Shown here: positions 37,540 through 49,860 of the stretch, in pieces
Layout of the letters: the number at the start of each line of letters is the position of its first letter
Numbering within the stretch: position 1 is the first letter of the stretch
Source of the DNA: Nymphaea colorata
Lineage: Eukaryota
Length of the DNA: 64,000 nucleotides
Direction: 5' to 3'
Assembly: GCF_008831285.2 (NCBI RefSeq)
Contig: NC_045138.2
Location: 15,872,001 to 15,936,000, forward strand
Notes under the pieces: model-generated
What the model was told of the DNA's origin: nothing
What the model saw: only the letters and a program-made list of their open reading frames with translations
The model's database searches: none
Position numbers and translations under genes: made by a program

Positions 37540-39825
37540 ATGGCAACTACTGCTCCATTGCTCAAAGCATGTATTCTTTTCGCAATATGCCAACTAACTT
37601 GGGCATCTCTGCTGCAAGAGCAAGATGCATACATCGTACATATGGATGTATCAAAGATGCCCACTGTGTTCAGTGGCCATGAGGATTGGTACCATTCTCT
37701 CTTGGCAACAGACAGCTTTAAAGCAGCAGCAGCCACTGATGCCAGCATGGCCACCTTGAAACCAGTTTATGTCTACACCAATGCCATCAATGGATTCAGT
37801 GCAATTCTCTCATCATCCCAACTTGAATTGCTCAAGAAGCAGCCGGCATTCGTCTCCGCATATCCGGACATGGAGGTGACAAGGGACACGACGCACACGT
37901 TTGAGTTCCTGAATCTCAGCCCTGTCTCTGGCATATGGCAGGCTTCCAAATTCGGTGAGGACGTGATAATTGGAATGATTGACACCGGAGTTTGGCCGGA
38001 GAGCAAAAGCTATGCAGATGAAGGCATGCCTGAGGTGCCAAAGAGATGGAAAGGCCAGTGCGACTCAGGCATTGGCTTCAGTTCTTCCATGTGTAATAAG
38101 AAGCTGATTGGTGCTCGCTACTTCAACAAGGGCCTCAAAGCCAAGGACCCTAACCTCACCATCTCTATGAATTCACCAAGAGATGTAGAGGGCCATGGCA
38201 CACACACCTCATCCACTGCTGCAGGCAGCCATGTGGAAGGTGCCTCTTATTTCGGCTATGCTGCAGGCACAGCAAGAGGAATGGCCCCTCGAGCCCGGCT
38301 GGCCATCTACAAGGCCCTCTGGGAAGAAGGCAGATATGCTTCTGATATCATTGCTGCAATTGATCAAGCAATTTCTGATGGCGTGGATGTTCTCTCCATC
38401 TCTATGGGCTACGATCAAATTCCCCTGCACCAGGACCCAGTAGCCATAGCTGCCTTCTCAGCAATGGAGAAGGGTATCTTTGTATCTTCTTCTGCTGGCA
38501 ATGAAGGGCCAACACTCAGCACCCTGCACAATGGCACTCCCTGGGTACTGACCGTCGGAGCTAGCACCATTGATCGGAAATTTGGTGCCGTCATCACCCT
38601 CGGCAACGGCGTCACACTTTTCGGCGCATCTATGTATCCAGGGCTGGATTCTTCACTAACAAGGGTGCCTCTGCTTTACAGTGAGGCTACCAAGGCGTGC
38701 AATTCTAGTGAATTGCTCAAGAATGTCGGCCACAAGGTCGTCCTGTGTGAATTCACTAAGTATACTACGGTGCAGATCTCGACACTAGCATCTTCTAATG
38801 TAGCCGGCAGCCTCTTCATAGTCAATAGTTCTTCCGACCTATCTGATGTGATCCGCGATTTTCCGGGCGCGATTTTGAAACTTGAGGATTCAAAAGCCAT
38901 TTTCAGCTACATAGCAAAAAGTAGCGATCCAGTGGTAACCATCAGATTTGGTGGCACAGTCACCGGCACGAGGCCGGCACCTTCCATAGCGTACTACACT
39001 TCAAGGGGACCATCGCCAAGCACCCCCATGGTGCTGAAACCAGACGTGGTGGCTCCAGGATCGCTTGTATTGGCATCATGGACGATGAATTCATCTGTGG
39101 TTACTGTCGGCCAGAAGAGCCTGTTTACAGATTTTAACATCATTTCTGGTACATCAATGGCCTGCCCACATGCCTCAGGTGTTGCAGCCCTTCTCAAGTC
39201 AGTGCACCCTGACTGGAGCCCTGCCGCAATCCGGTCCGCCATGGTCACGACTGCCAGCATTTTAGACAATACCCACGATCCAATTCGAGATGGAGGGCAG
39301 GCGGCTGCGCCATTAGCCATGGGAGCTGGTCAAATTGACCCCAACAAGGCCATGGATCCTGGTTTGGTTTATGATGCCGGCCGCGACGATTATGTGAAAC
39401 TGATCTGCAGCTTGAATTACACAAAACGGCAGATTCAGACTATAACTCGGTCGCCGTCCGACGTCGATGACTGTGTTGATATCGACATGGACCTGAATTA
39501 TCCATCTTTTATTGCTTTCTTCGCTGGCAAACAGCCTCCTAAGGCGAAAACGTTCAAAAGGGTAGTGACCAATGTTGGTGATGTGGGTGCTACTTACAGA
39601 GCAGAGATAAAACAGATGAAGGGTTTTCTGGTGGCTGTAAGCCCAGATACTCTAGTGTTCCAGAAGAAGAATGAGAAAGGATCTTTCGTGCTGACAATAG
39701 AAAATACAGGCCCTATGGAGGATGATGTTGTCAGTGGCTCATTGAGTTGGGTAGAAAGCCAGGGAAACCACGTTGTTAGAAGTCCTATAGTGGCTACTAA
39801 GATAGATTATAACCCATTACAGTAA
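37540..39825 (+). CDS. Subtilisin-like protease, SBT1.9/phytaspase-like, tandem copy 2
   Basis: Intronless ORF collinear with copy 1; triad intact; alternative in-frame ATG at 37525. Confidence 0.96.
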   Translation: MATTAPLLKACILFAICQLTWASLLQEQDAYIVHMDVSKMPTVFSGHEDWYHSLLATDSFKAAAATDASMATLKPVYVYTNAINGFSAILSSSQLELLKKQPAFVSAYPDMEVTRDTTHTFEFLNLSPVSGIWQASKFGEDVIIGMIDTGVWPESKSYADEGMPEVPKRWKGQCDSGIGFSSSMCNKKLIGARYFNKGLKAKDPNLTISMNSPRDVEGHGTHTSSTAAGSHVEGASYFGYAAGTARGMAPRARLAIYKALWEEGRYASDIIAAIDQAISDGVDVLSISMGYDQIPLHQDPVAIAAFSAMEKGIFVSSSAGNEGPTLSTLHNGTPWVLTVGASTIDRKFGAVITLGNGVTLFGASMYPGLDSSLTRVPLLYSEATKACNSSELLKNVGHKVVLCEFTKYTTVQISTLASSNVAGSLFIVNSSSDLSDVIRDFPGAILKLEDSKAIFSYIAKSSDPVVTIRFGGTVTGTRPAPSIAYYTSRGPSPSTPMVLKPDVVAPGSLVLASWTMNSSVVTVGQKSLFTDFNIISGTSMACPHASGVAALLKSVHPDWSPAAIRSAMVTTASILDNTHDPIRDGGQAAAPLAMGAGQIDPNKAMDPGLVYDAGRDDYVKLICSLNYTKRQIQTITRSPSDVDDCVDIDMDLNYPSFIAFFAGKQPPKAKTFKRVVTNVGDVGATYRAEIKQMKGFLVAVSPDTLVFQKKNEKGSFVLTIENTGPMEDDVVSGSLSWVESQGNHVVRSPIVATKIDYNPLQ

Positions 39826-41552
39826 GATTATTTTGTACATGAAATTCTCGGGATATGATTGAAGAACTACAAATTTGATTAAGCAAAAAATATCGAAAGC
39901 AAGATGAAAAAAATGTGCAGTTCAGTGGATTACAGAGATGCAATAATCACTTGCGCTTTCTTTCATAAAAGAGAATCTCTTAAGTTGAATAATACCGTTG
40001 ATTTAGTCCCCTTGTAACATTTTAGTTTTTGATCGTGCCGGTGGTGGCAGATGATCTTATCTACCGGTATGAGGTAATGGAGGAGAGAAACAAAACAAGG
40101 ACCTCTGATGGTATCCACTGGAGAACCTATGCCATTATCTTTGCTCTGAAGTCTAGCAATTTTAGACGAAGCGCTACCTCCTTTTTTTTTTCTCTTTTTT
40201 TTTCCCCTGTTCAGCATGCATTCAGCACCACTTAGACTCTGTCTCTCCAAATATGTCTCCTAGCCATGTGTTTTCCTTTTAAGTAATTTCTCACGAACTG
40301 GCCCATATAAATAAATGCAAAAAGTTTGAGAAAGTACTAATGAAAAAGTTATAAAAAAATCTGATGTCTATCAAATTTCACGATTCTAGAAAGTTAGACC
40401 ATCAAACTTTTTTAACACTTGGTCCTATACTTGTTGAGATTAATGCGGATAAAAATAAGAAGACTTTGTCTCTTTCCCCCTCTCCCTATCTTTCTATATT
40501 CATCTAAGAAAATGCGTAGAAATTTGAGTCATTCCTTAAAGTTGTCCATGTGCCTCTTCATGAGTGCTCTGGACCCATTCTAGTGGCGACCTGATCTTCC
40601 TCGAATCTGCAAGTGGGTTAGATATAGACTTGGTTTTTGCCATTGTTGGTTTTATTGAATCCGATTTTGGCCCAATTTCTTATGTATTTACCTATCCCAA
40701 TTGACCGCCTATCTTGTACAAATCATGACCAACAACTATGATTTTATTCTGTACAATCACATTCCTGGCCAAAATGACAGAGTGCAAGCAGAAGTTCAAC
40801 GTTTGCGGAGATGAATAACTTAATTGTATGAGTTTCTTGAGAAAATACCTTTGTAGATTGCCTATTAGTTCACTTGATTAAGACTTCAAAGTAATCGAAG
40901 GAGGCAGTGTGTTCTTGATCAAAGCCTTGTTCCTGAAAGTGAATGCTGGCTTGTCCACTGGCCTCTTTTTTTCTTTTCCTCTTGCTCACCCCATGCATCC
41001 GGTGTGGCACAGAGAGGCGGGGGAGGCTCTCTAAATCCTCCGACGCCTCCTGTAGCCGGTGGGCTTGCTGTTGCTGGGCGGCGTGAGCCTGGTAGAGCGC
41101 CGGTGACAGGAGGGGGAGCCGTCGAGGAAGGGAGACGAGCGCGAGAAGGAGACAGTTCCAGGAAAAGGGGGAAAAAGTTAAAAGGTGTACCAGCCTTGGT
41201 AGGAGCCAAGATATATATATATATGGTAAAAGCCAGATTAAATTGTTTGTTTTGCAATCTAACATTGATCTAATCTTAAGGATAGGTTGATACAAATATA
41301 TATTAAGTTTATCATTCTTGGACTTCAGTTAGTGTTTTTACAGTAAGTGAATCTGAATAGCTCCTATTGCATCAACATTTTGAAGTCCATATTTGTCACA
41401 AAAACAACTTAAATCAAAACATGTATTCAATGAAAATAGTTTTGATAAATATATTATGATGTTTGTGTTTTCTTTAAAATATTTTTTAGCAAAATATTGA
41501 AGGTTTTGGTTTTTGTTCTTCCACCTACCGGTCTGGTTTCTACCGGTAATAC

Positions 41553-41842
<290 letters not shown>

Positions 41843-42094
41843 CAGGAAAATTTTTCCAACACCCCAATCATGGTGTGAGAATTGAGGGATGCATTCATCA
41901 TTTTCTTTCGTTGGTATCTAATTTCTCGACATTGAACCCAAGCGGTAGTAAAATCACGTTGTAACCTCGAGCGTCCACTCCATTCTCCAATGTAAAACCT
42001 ACTTTGGAAAGCAGTAGTAAAATCCTTAGGGGCCACTTGACGACATTAATAATATGTAATTGTTTCGTGTATCTGTTCCAAATAATGAGGAAGA

Positions 42095-43224
<1,130 letters not shown>

Positions 43225-45341
43225 CTGCTCTTTGGACATTTCGTTCCCAATTCCTGATTAGTAAAACAATTATAAATTGACAACCATGTTCAGTTGTCTT
43301 CTGTGAGAAAGGTAGAAACTGGCTTTTCCTTTAGAAAATTTTGTTTGCTCGGTTGTCTTTTGCACGATATATATTGGCACCATCAGTTTGGTGTTCAATA
43401 GAGAAGTCACAAGCAACAGAAAGCATCTTCTTTCATATTTAGATATATTGTTAATGACAGTTTACAGATTTAGTATTGTATAACCATGATATGTTGTTTG
43501 AGAAACAACATTTAATGGCACCACTTATATGGAATCGCTTTGTTCTAAAGGATGATCATCTGTTTTGTTTGCCATGGCATATCCAACTTGTTTGACGCAA
43601 TTCAATTGTGCAAATCCCATTAATTAGTCTGGTCCTTGAAGGGTCTATTGGAATTTCAAAAAAACAAAAAAAAAAAACTCCCAAAAGTGCAATCTTTCTT
43701 CGTTATGTTTTCTCTTTCTACTCTCTCCACTTCTGCCACTCTTTAGCTGCAAAAGCTTCATTTCATGAAATTCATCATCTTTGATGGGTCACCACTAGAT
43801 TACAAGCAAGTCCTCATCAGATACCAATCACAATAAACGCATACTTGCTGTCTCTCTAATTTGCGTCATTGATAGAAATCACTATCCCTCAATCAATGGT
43901 AACCACTGTGTGAGTATATTCAAGTGATTCAGCTGTAGATAACAATTCTTTCTAATTAAACATAGACTCGACAATCTGAAATATTGATACCTGTGCCCCA
44001 GTGCACTTTTCAAGCCCAAATCGACGCTAATCTCGGCTGTTCTTATTATTATCAGTATCATTATTGGGGGGCTGGTTGGGTTAGTAGGAAGATTCATATC
44101 AGATTCCAAAGCCAACCCACTTATTCAAATCCATCAAACACCATTAGAGAAATCCATATTAGTTAGCCATTTTCTGTCATACTCAGCAATATGGACCACA
44201 AAAATAGTCTTATTATCATTTTCTTTATACTGATATCTGTATGTTCACATGCAGTTGAGTGACTGAGGCGAAATTTTCACCTTTTCTGCAGAATCAAGGG
44301 TCACCTAATATGCTCATGAGCAAACGAATACGAAAATTATCGGCAACAATTATTTCTAACAACTGAGAAATGCATCAATACTCTGGGAATCATTGACAGG
44401 ATATTTATGAATTTTGTGTTCGGTTGGTGAACTGAAGCTTTGTTTCTTATGCTGCCTGTTTCCGAATGGAACAAAGCAACGGCAAGCAGCCAGGAAAGAC
44501 GAAAGAGAAAAAGTTGAAACACATCGCCCATGTGTTAGCACAGATATGTCACTAAATAATGCACCGATGGTTCAGAAGATCCTTCTTTCAAAAAGACAAA
44601 TTAAGAAAGTTGGCAGCAAGCTTAATTAAATCGAGGAAAGGAAAAGGGCTTCCAAGATTTGTGGTTGTGACTGTAACTTTTGATCCTGTACACTTCGAAT
44701 CCTACATGTCCTTCCAGAACTATTTTTCAAAGATAACTTTTCTTAGCATTTCTTTTGCAGAAAACTTTGAAAGATAGCGTTTGGCCGAATAAATTAAGCT
44801 ACCATACAAGCTGCCAGTTTAAAAGTACTTTTTTGTCAGTTTGATTTTCATAAACAAATACATTAGAAGTAACATAGACCATCAAATGATTCATGAACTC
44901 TACTCTCAGTTTTCATATCGAATAACCCACAAAACATTCCCTGAAGTTTCCAAGCTCTTTTTCTTGATATACTTGAAGAAGACACGATTAATCTTTTCTA
45001 AACATCAAAGTTTGTGAAGAATCTGTACTTTAAAATTGAGATGTAATTTTCCAACTAGGGTCCGAAGCATCAGGGTGAGGTGTGGCCTTTCCATTGAAAA
45101 GTCAAGAAAGTTCACTATCAGAAGGGGCCGGAAAGGGTTGGGTGTTGGGGGGTGGACAGAGGACAGATAGCTTCTTCCTTGTGGTCCGGCCTGCTCCAGT
45201 ATTGGGTCAGATTTTTACTATACATCTCATACATGGCCCACATGAATCGACAACTTTTTCGGTACCTCTCTTTTTCTTGGTCAAGTTAATAGACATTGAA
45301 TAATAACACATCTCCCTCTCCCTCTATCTCTAGCTGAACAT

Positions 45342-45348
45342 TATATAA
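45342..45348 (+). promoter_or_regulatory. Putative TATA box of subtilase copy 3
   Basis: TATATAA begins 41 nt before ATG 45383, homologous to the copy 1 site. Confidence 0.6.
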
Positions 45349-45382
45349 GTGCAGAAACTTGGACCTTGTGCATCCATTGCCA

Positions 45383-47668
45383 ATGGCTACTGCTGCAGTA
45401 TTGCTCAAAGCATGTATTCTTTTCACAATATGCCAAATATCTTGGGCATCTTCGCTGCAGGAGCAAGATTCATACATCATACATATGGATGTGTCAAAGA
45501 TGCCCACTGTGTTCAGCGGCCATGAGGATTGGTACAGTACTTTCTTGGCATCAGACAGCTTTAAAGCAGCAGATTCCAGTGATGCCACCATGGTCACCAC
45601 AAAACCAGTTTATGTCTACACCAATGCCATCAATGGATTCAGTGCAATTCTCTCACCATCCCAACTTGAATTGCTCAAGAACCTGCCCGGATTCGTCTCA
45701 GCATATCGGGACATGGAGGTGACAAGGGACACAACGCACACATTCGAGTTCCTGAATCTCAGCCCTGTCTCTGGCATATGGCCGGCTTCAAAATTCGGTG
45801 AGGACGTCATAATTGGAATGGTTGACACCGGAGTTTGGCCGGAGAGCAAGAGCTATGCGGATGAAGGCATGCCTGAGGTGCCAAAGAGATGGAAAGGCCA
45901 GTGTCAATCAGGCATTGGCTTCAGCTCTTCCATGTGTAACAGGAAGCTGATTGGTGCTCGCTACTTCAACAAGGGCCTCAAAGCCAAGAACCCCAACCTC
46001 ACCATCTCTATGAATTCACCTAGAGATGTAGAGGGTCATGGCACACACACCTCATCCACTGCTGCAGGCAGCTATGTGGAAGGTGCCTCTTATTTCGGCT
46101 ATGCTGCAGGCACTGCAAGAGGAATGGCCCCTCGAGCTCGGCTGGCCATCTACAAGGCCCTCTGGGAAGAAGGCAGCTATGCTTCTGATGTCATTGCCGC
46201 AATTGATCAAGCAATTTCTGATGGAGTGGATGTTGTCTCCATCTCTATGGGCTATGACCAAGTTCCCCTGCACCAGGACCCAGTAGCCATAGCTGCCTTC
46301 TCAGCAATGGAGAAGGGTATCTTTGTGTCTTCTTCTGCTGGCAATAATGGGCCAACACTCAGCACCCTACACAACGGCACTCCCTGGGTACTGACAGTCG
46401 GAGCTAGCTCAATTGATCGGAAATTTGGAGCCACCATCACCCTCGGCAACGGCGTCACACTTTTCGGCGCGTCTATGTATCCTCGGCTGGATTCTTCACT
46501 AACAAGGGTGCCTCTGCTTTACAGTGAGGCTACCAAGGCCTGCAATTCTAGTGAAATACTCAATAACGTCGGCCACAAGGTCGTCCTATGTGAATTCAGT
46601 AAGGATACTACCACGCAGATCTCGACATTGGCGTCTTCCAGCGTAGCCGGCAGCCTCTTCATATTCAATAGTTCTTCTGATCTATCTGATGTGATCCTCG
46701 ACTTTCCGGGCGCAATTCTGAGACTTGAGGATTCAAAAGCCATTTTCAGATACATAGCAAAAAGTAGAAATCCAGTGGTAACCATCAGATTCGGTGGCAC
46801 AGTCACCGGCACCAAGCCGGCACCTTCTATAGCCGTCTATACTTCGAGGGGTCCATCGCCTAGCACTCCCATGATTCTGAAACCAGACTTAGTGGCTCCA
46901 GGATCGCTTGTATTGGCATCATGGACGATGAATTCATCTACGGTGACAGTCGGCCAGAAGAGCCTGTTTACAGATTTTAACATCATTTCTGGTACATCAA
47001 TGGCCTGCCCACATGCCTCAGGTGTTGCAGCCCTTCTCAAGTCAGTGCACCCTGACTGGAGCCCTGCCGCAATCAGGTCGGCCATGATGACAACTGCCAG
47101 CATTCTAGACAATACCAACAATCCAATTCAAGATGAAGGACAGCCGGCTGGGGGACTAGCCATGGGAGCTGGCCAAATTGACCCCAACAGAGCCATGGAT
47201 CCCGGTCTGGTTTACGATGCCGGACGCGACGATTATGTGAAACTGATATGCAGCCTGAATTACACAAAACGGCAGATTCAGACCATAACTCGCTCGCCGT
47301 CCCACATCGACGATTGTGCAGATATCGACATTGACCTGAATTACCCATCTTTTATTGCTTTCTTCACTGGCAAACATCCTCCTACGGTGAAAACATTTAA
47401 AAGGGTAGTGACCAATGTTGGTGATGGCGGTGCTACTTACAGAGCAGAGATAAAACCAATGAAGGGCTTTGTGGTGACTGCAAGCCCAGAAACTCTGGTG
47501 TTCCAGAAAAAGAATGACAAAAGATCTTTCGTGCTGACAATGGCAAAGACAAGCCCAATGGAGGATGATGTTGTCGGTGGTTCGCTGAGTTGGGTAGAAA
47601 GCCAAGGAAACCACGTGGTTAGGAGTCCTATAGTGGCTACCAAAATAGATGCTAAACCGTTACCGTAA
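45383..47668 (+). CDS. Subtilisin-like protease, SBT1.9/phytaspase-like, tandem copy 3
   Basis: Intronless ORF collinear with copies 1 and 2; first in-frame ATG at 45383; VDTG / HGTH / SAGN / GTSMACPH intact. Confidence 0.96.
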   Translation: MATAAVLLKACILFTICQISWASSLQEQDSYIIHMDVSKMPTVFSGHEDWYSTFLASDSFKAADSSDATMVTTKPVYVYTNAINGFSAILSPSQLELLKNLPGFVSAYRDMEVTRDTTHTFEFLNLSPVSGIWPASKFGEDVIIGMVDTGVWPESKSYADEGMPEVPKRWKGQCQSGIGFSSSMCNRKLIGARYFNKGLKAKNPNLTISMNSPRDVEGHGTHTSSTAAGSYVEGASYFGYAAGTARGMAPRARLAIYKALWEEGSYASDVIAAIDQAISDGVDVVSISMGYDQVPLHQDPVAIAAFSAMEKGIFVSSSAGNNGPTLSTLHNGTPWVLTVGASSIDRKFGATITLGNGVTLFGASMYPRLDSSLTRVPLLYSEATKACNSSEILNNVGHKVVLCEFSKDTTTQISTLASSSVAGSLFIFNSSSDLSDVILDFPGAILRLEDSKAIFRYIAKSRNPVVTIRFGGTVTGTKPAPSIAVYTSRGPSPSTPMILKPDLVAPGSLVLASWTMNSSTVTVGQKSLFTDFNIISGTSMACPHASGVAALLKSVHPDWSPAAIRSAMMTTASILDNTNNPIQDEGQPAGGLAMGAGQIDPNRAMDPGLVYDAGRDDYVKLICSLNYTKRQIQTITRSPSHIDDCADIDIDLNYPSFIAFFTGKHPPTVKTFKRVVTNVGDGGATYRAEIKPMKGFVVTASPETLVFQKKNDKRSFVLTMAKTSPMEDDVVGGSLSWVESQGNHVVRSPIVATKIDAKPLP

Positions 47669-48764
47669 GATTGTTTAGTACATGAAATTCTGGGAATATG
47701 ATTGAATAATTACAGACTTGATTAAGCAAAAATATTGAAGAAAATGTACAGTTCGGTGGAGCACGTAACTTAGTAATCACTCTCGCTTTCATGTGTAACA
47801 GAGAACCCTAAGCCATTCATCTTTGCTACGAAATAAAGCAATATTAGATGAGGCCCTACTTTTATTTTTTCTTTCTGTTCTGCATACATTCACTTAAAAT
47901 TATGTCTCTCAAAACACGTCTCCTAGTTGTGTCTTTCAATTTTTATTTTTTAAGTCTTTTTCTGGAGAAATGACCCATATAAATAAATGCAATATTTTTG
48001 AAAAAGTAATAATAAGAGTTATAATAGTTCAGATGTCTATAACAGATTTCATTATTCTAGAAAATTACACCAGTAACTTTTTAAAACTTGGTCATATACT
48101 GCTTGAGATTGATGTGGATAAAAATAAGAAGACTTTGACTCTCTCTCTCTCTCTCTCTCTCCCTCCCAAATCCAACTAATCACCTGAGGCTGAGGATCGA
48201 ATAGGGGTATTCTTTCTTAAAAGAATCCATCATTTAAAAAATTGGTAGGTGTCCAACAACTTCCAGTTTGGTATGAATAAATTACTTTCTTTCGTTTATC
48301 TTATATATTCGGATTTGGAATCCGGATGAAGAAAAGTCTACCATATTTAGATTTTTAAACCAAATCCAAACCATATTATAGGACATTGAACATGAAGCTT
48401 TGCTTACAAAATTTGGACGACGGCATCCTTCTGAAAAGAACCGGAGTTCAAACGGTTCTAACTTTGTGATCTCAAGCTATTAAGATCAGATTCAGTTTCT
48501 GACAAGATTAAGCTTAACGAAAACATCAAAGGAATGTTAATGACTGTTGTGAGCCAAAAATCATAAGAATGTTAATTTTTTAAAGTTACCCTATAAACCC
48601 TAAATTATACGTTCAATCCGAATGATTTTTTTTTAGTTCCACAAAATCTCACACCTGTCATTCATTTATGCTAATCACTGTATGACAAAAAAAAAGATAT
48701 TCATAGTGTTCAGTGCCACAAAAAGTTAAGATAATTTGAGAGACATGATCAATTGTCCTTCATA

Positions 48765-49860
48765 TATATATAAGAGAATCAATCTATCACAAGCAGTTGT
48801 CATCACCAAGTAATTATGCAGAAGGCGTATTAACTAGGGGTCCCCAAGAAATGGTCTTCCATGGTGTCGGTATGCGTCATTGGTTGCTACAGGTGGACCG
48901 CTGTAATGAGGAAGACAGATCAGCCTCCATAGGTGATGTAACGCATTACCAGACCAAGTTCCCTCATCCAGCAGTCGAATTTGAAACAGTCACGCCGTAT
49001 ATATACAGATGTGGCTGATTATCACGTCATAGTAAGAAGCGCACCTATACTTGTACATTGCATTAATCGAACACTTTGTTTTATCTTACATATTTTAGAC
49101 GACAGTTGAGGCAAAAAATTTCAAGCCCAAGTTGGAAAACAGCAACAACAGTCACGCATTAAGCCACTTCTGGCGATCTCATTTTAATTCCATTATGATC
49201 AAATCGTGTCATCACTGAGCTGACTGTGGGAATTTGCCGCAATTGTCTGAAAAATAAGAGATTTAGTGACCGACTACTTCAAAGAAGAGAAAAAGACTCG
49301 AAGAAAATTCTTACAGATGAGAGCTAAGGCGCGGTTTCCCTGAAGACAAAGGTAACTCTGCATTTGGTCTGTTCACACATTATTGAGACTGAGATTCTAT
49401 TGGAGAGAACCACAAGATATCTGCCCGTGAGTGCAGAAGAATTCAACGCAGCACAGCACACTTTAATGATCAGCAAAAGCATGGCCCATTCTGTGCTTGG
49501 CCATGACTTAGCGGGTTTCTGTCTCTATGTGAAGCAAAGAGACAAACCAACAGTGGTTGGTGTCAAGGAAGGCATGGGCACTGCCTCATAATGCATTTAA
49601 CGGACGTTTAACAAATCATATTCTTAAATAGATATAACATCCTAGCCGTTAGACAGTGGTGCACTACCAATTCCACCACTAAACTGGATCTTATTTTCTT
49701 CCCCATAATATTGATTGACCTTCCATCAAAGTGAAGTTAAGGAACATTTGCATGTAAGAGGATGTTTGTTGGTCATGTGATATTCTTCAAGTGCAGTACA
49801 CTGGGCAATAGTAATAGTATGTTATTGTCCTATGTATTTGCCCCAAATAGTAGGGAAGAT
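48765..49860 (+). repeat. Right arm of ~1 kb inverted repeat flanking subtilase copy 3
   Basis: Diverged inverted copy of 42095..43115 with an extra 89-bp segment. Confidence 0.9.

Larger units (their letters stand above)
34295..41150 (+). repeat. Tandem segmental duplication unit 2 (contains subtilase copy 2)
   Basis: Collinear with unit 1 plus insertions; both end in the same GC-rich fragment (GAGGAAGGGAGACG at ~34240 and ~41130). Confidence 0.8.
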
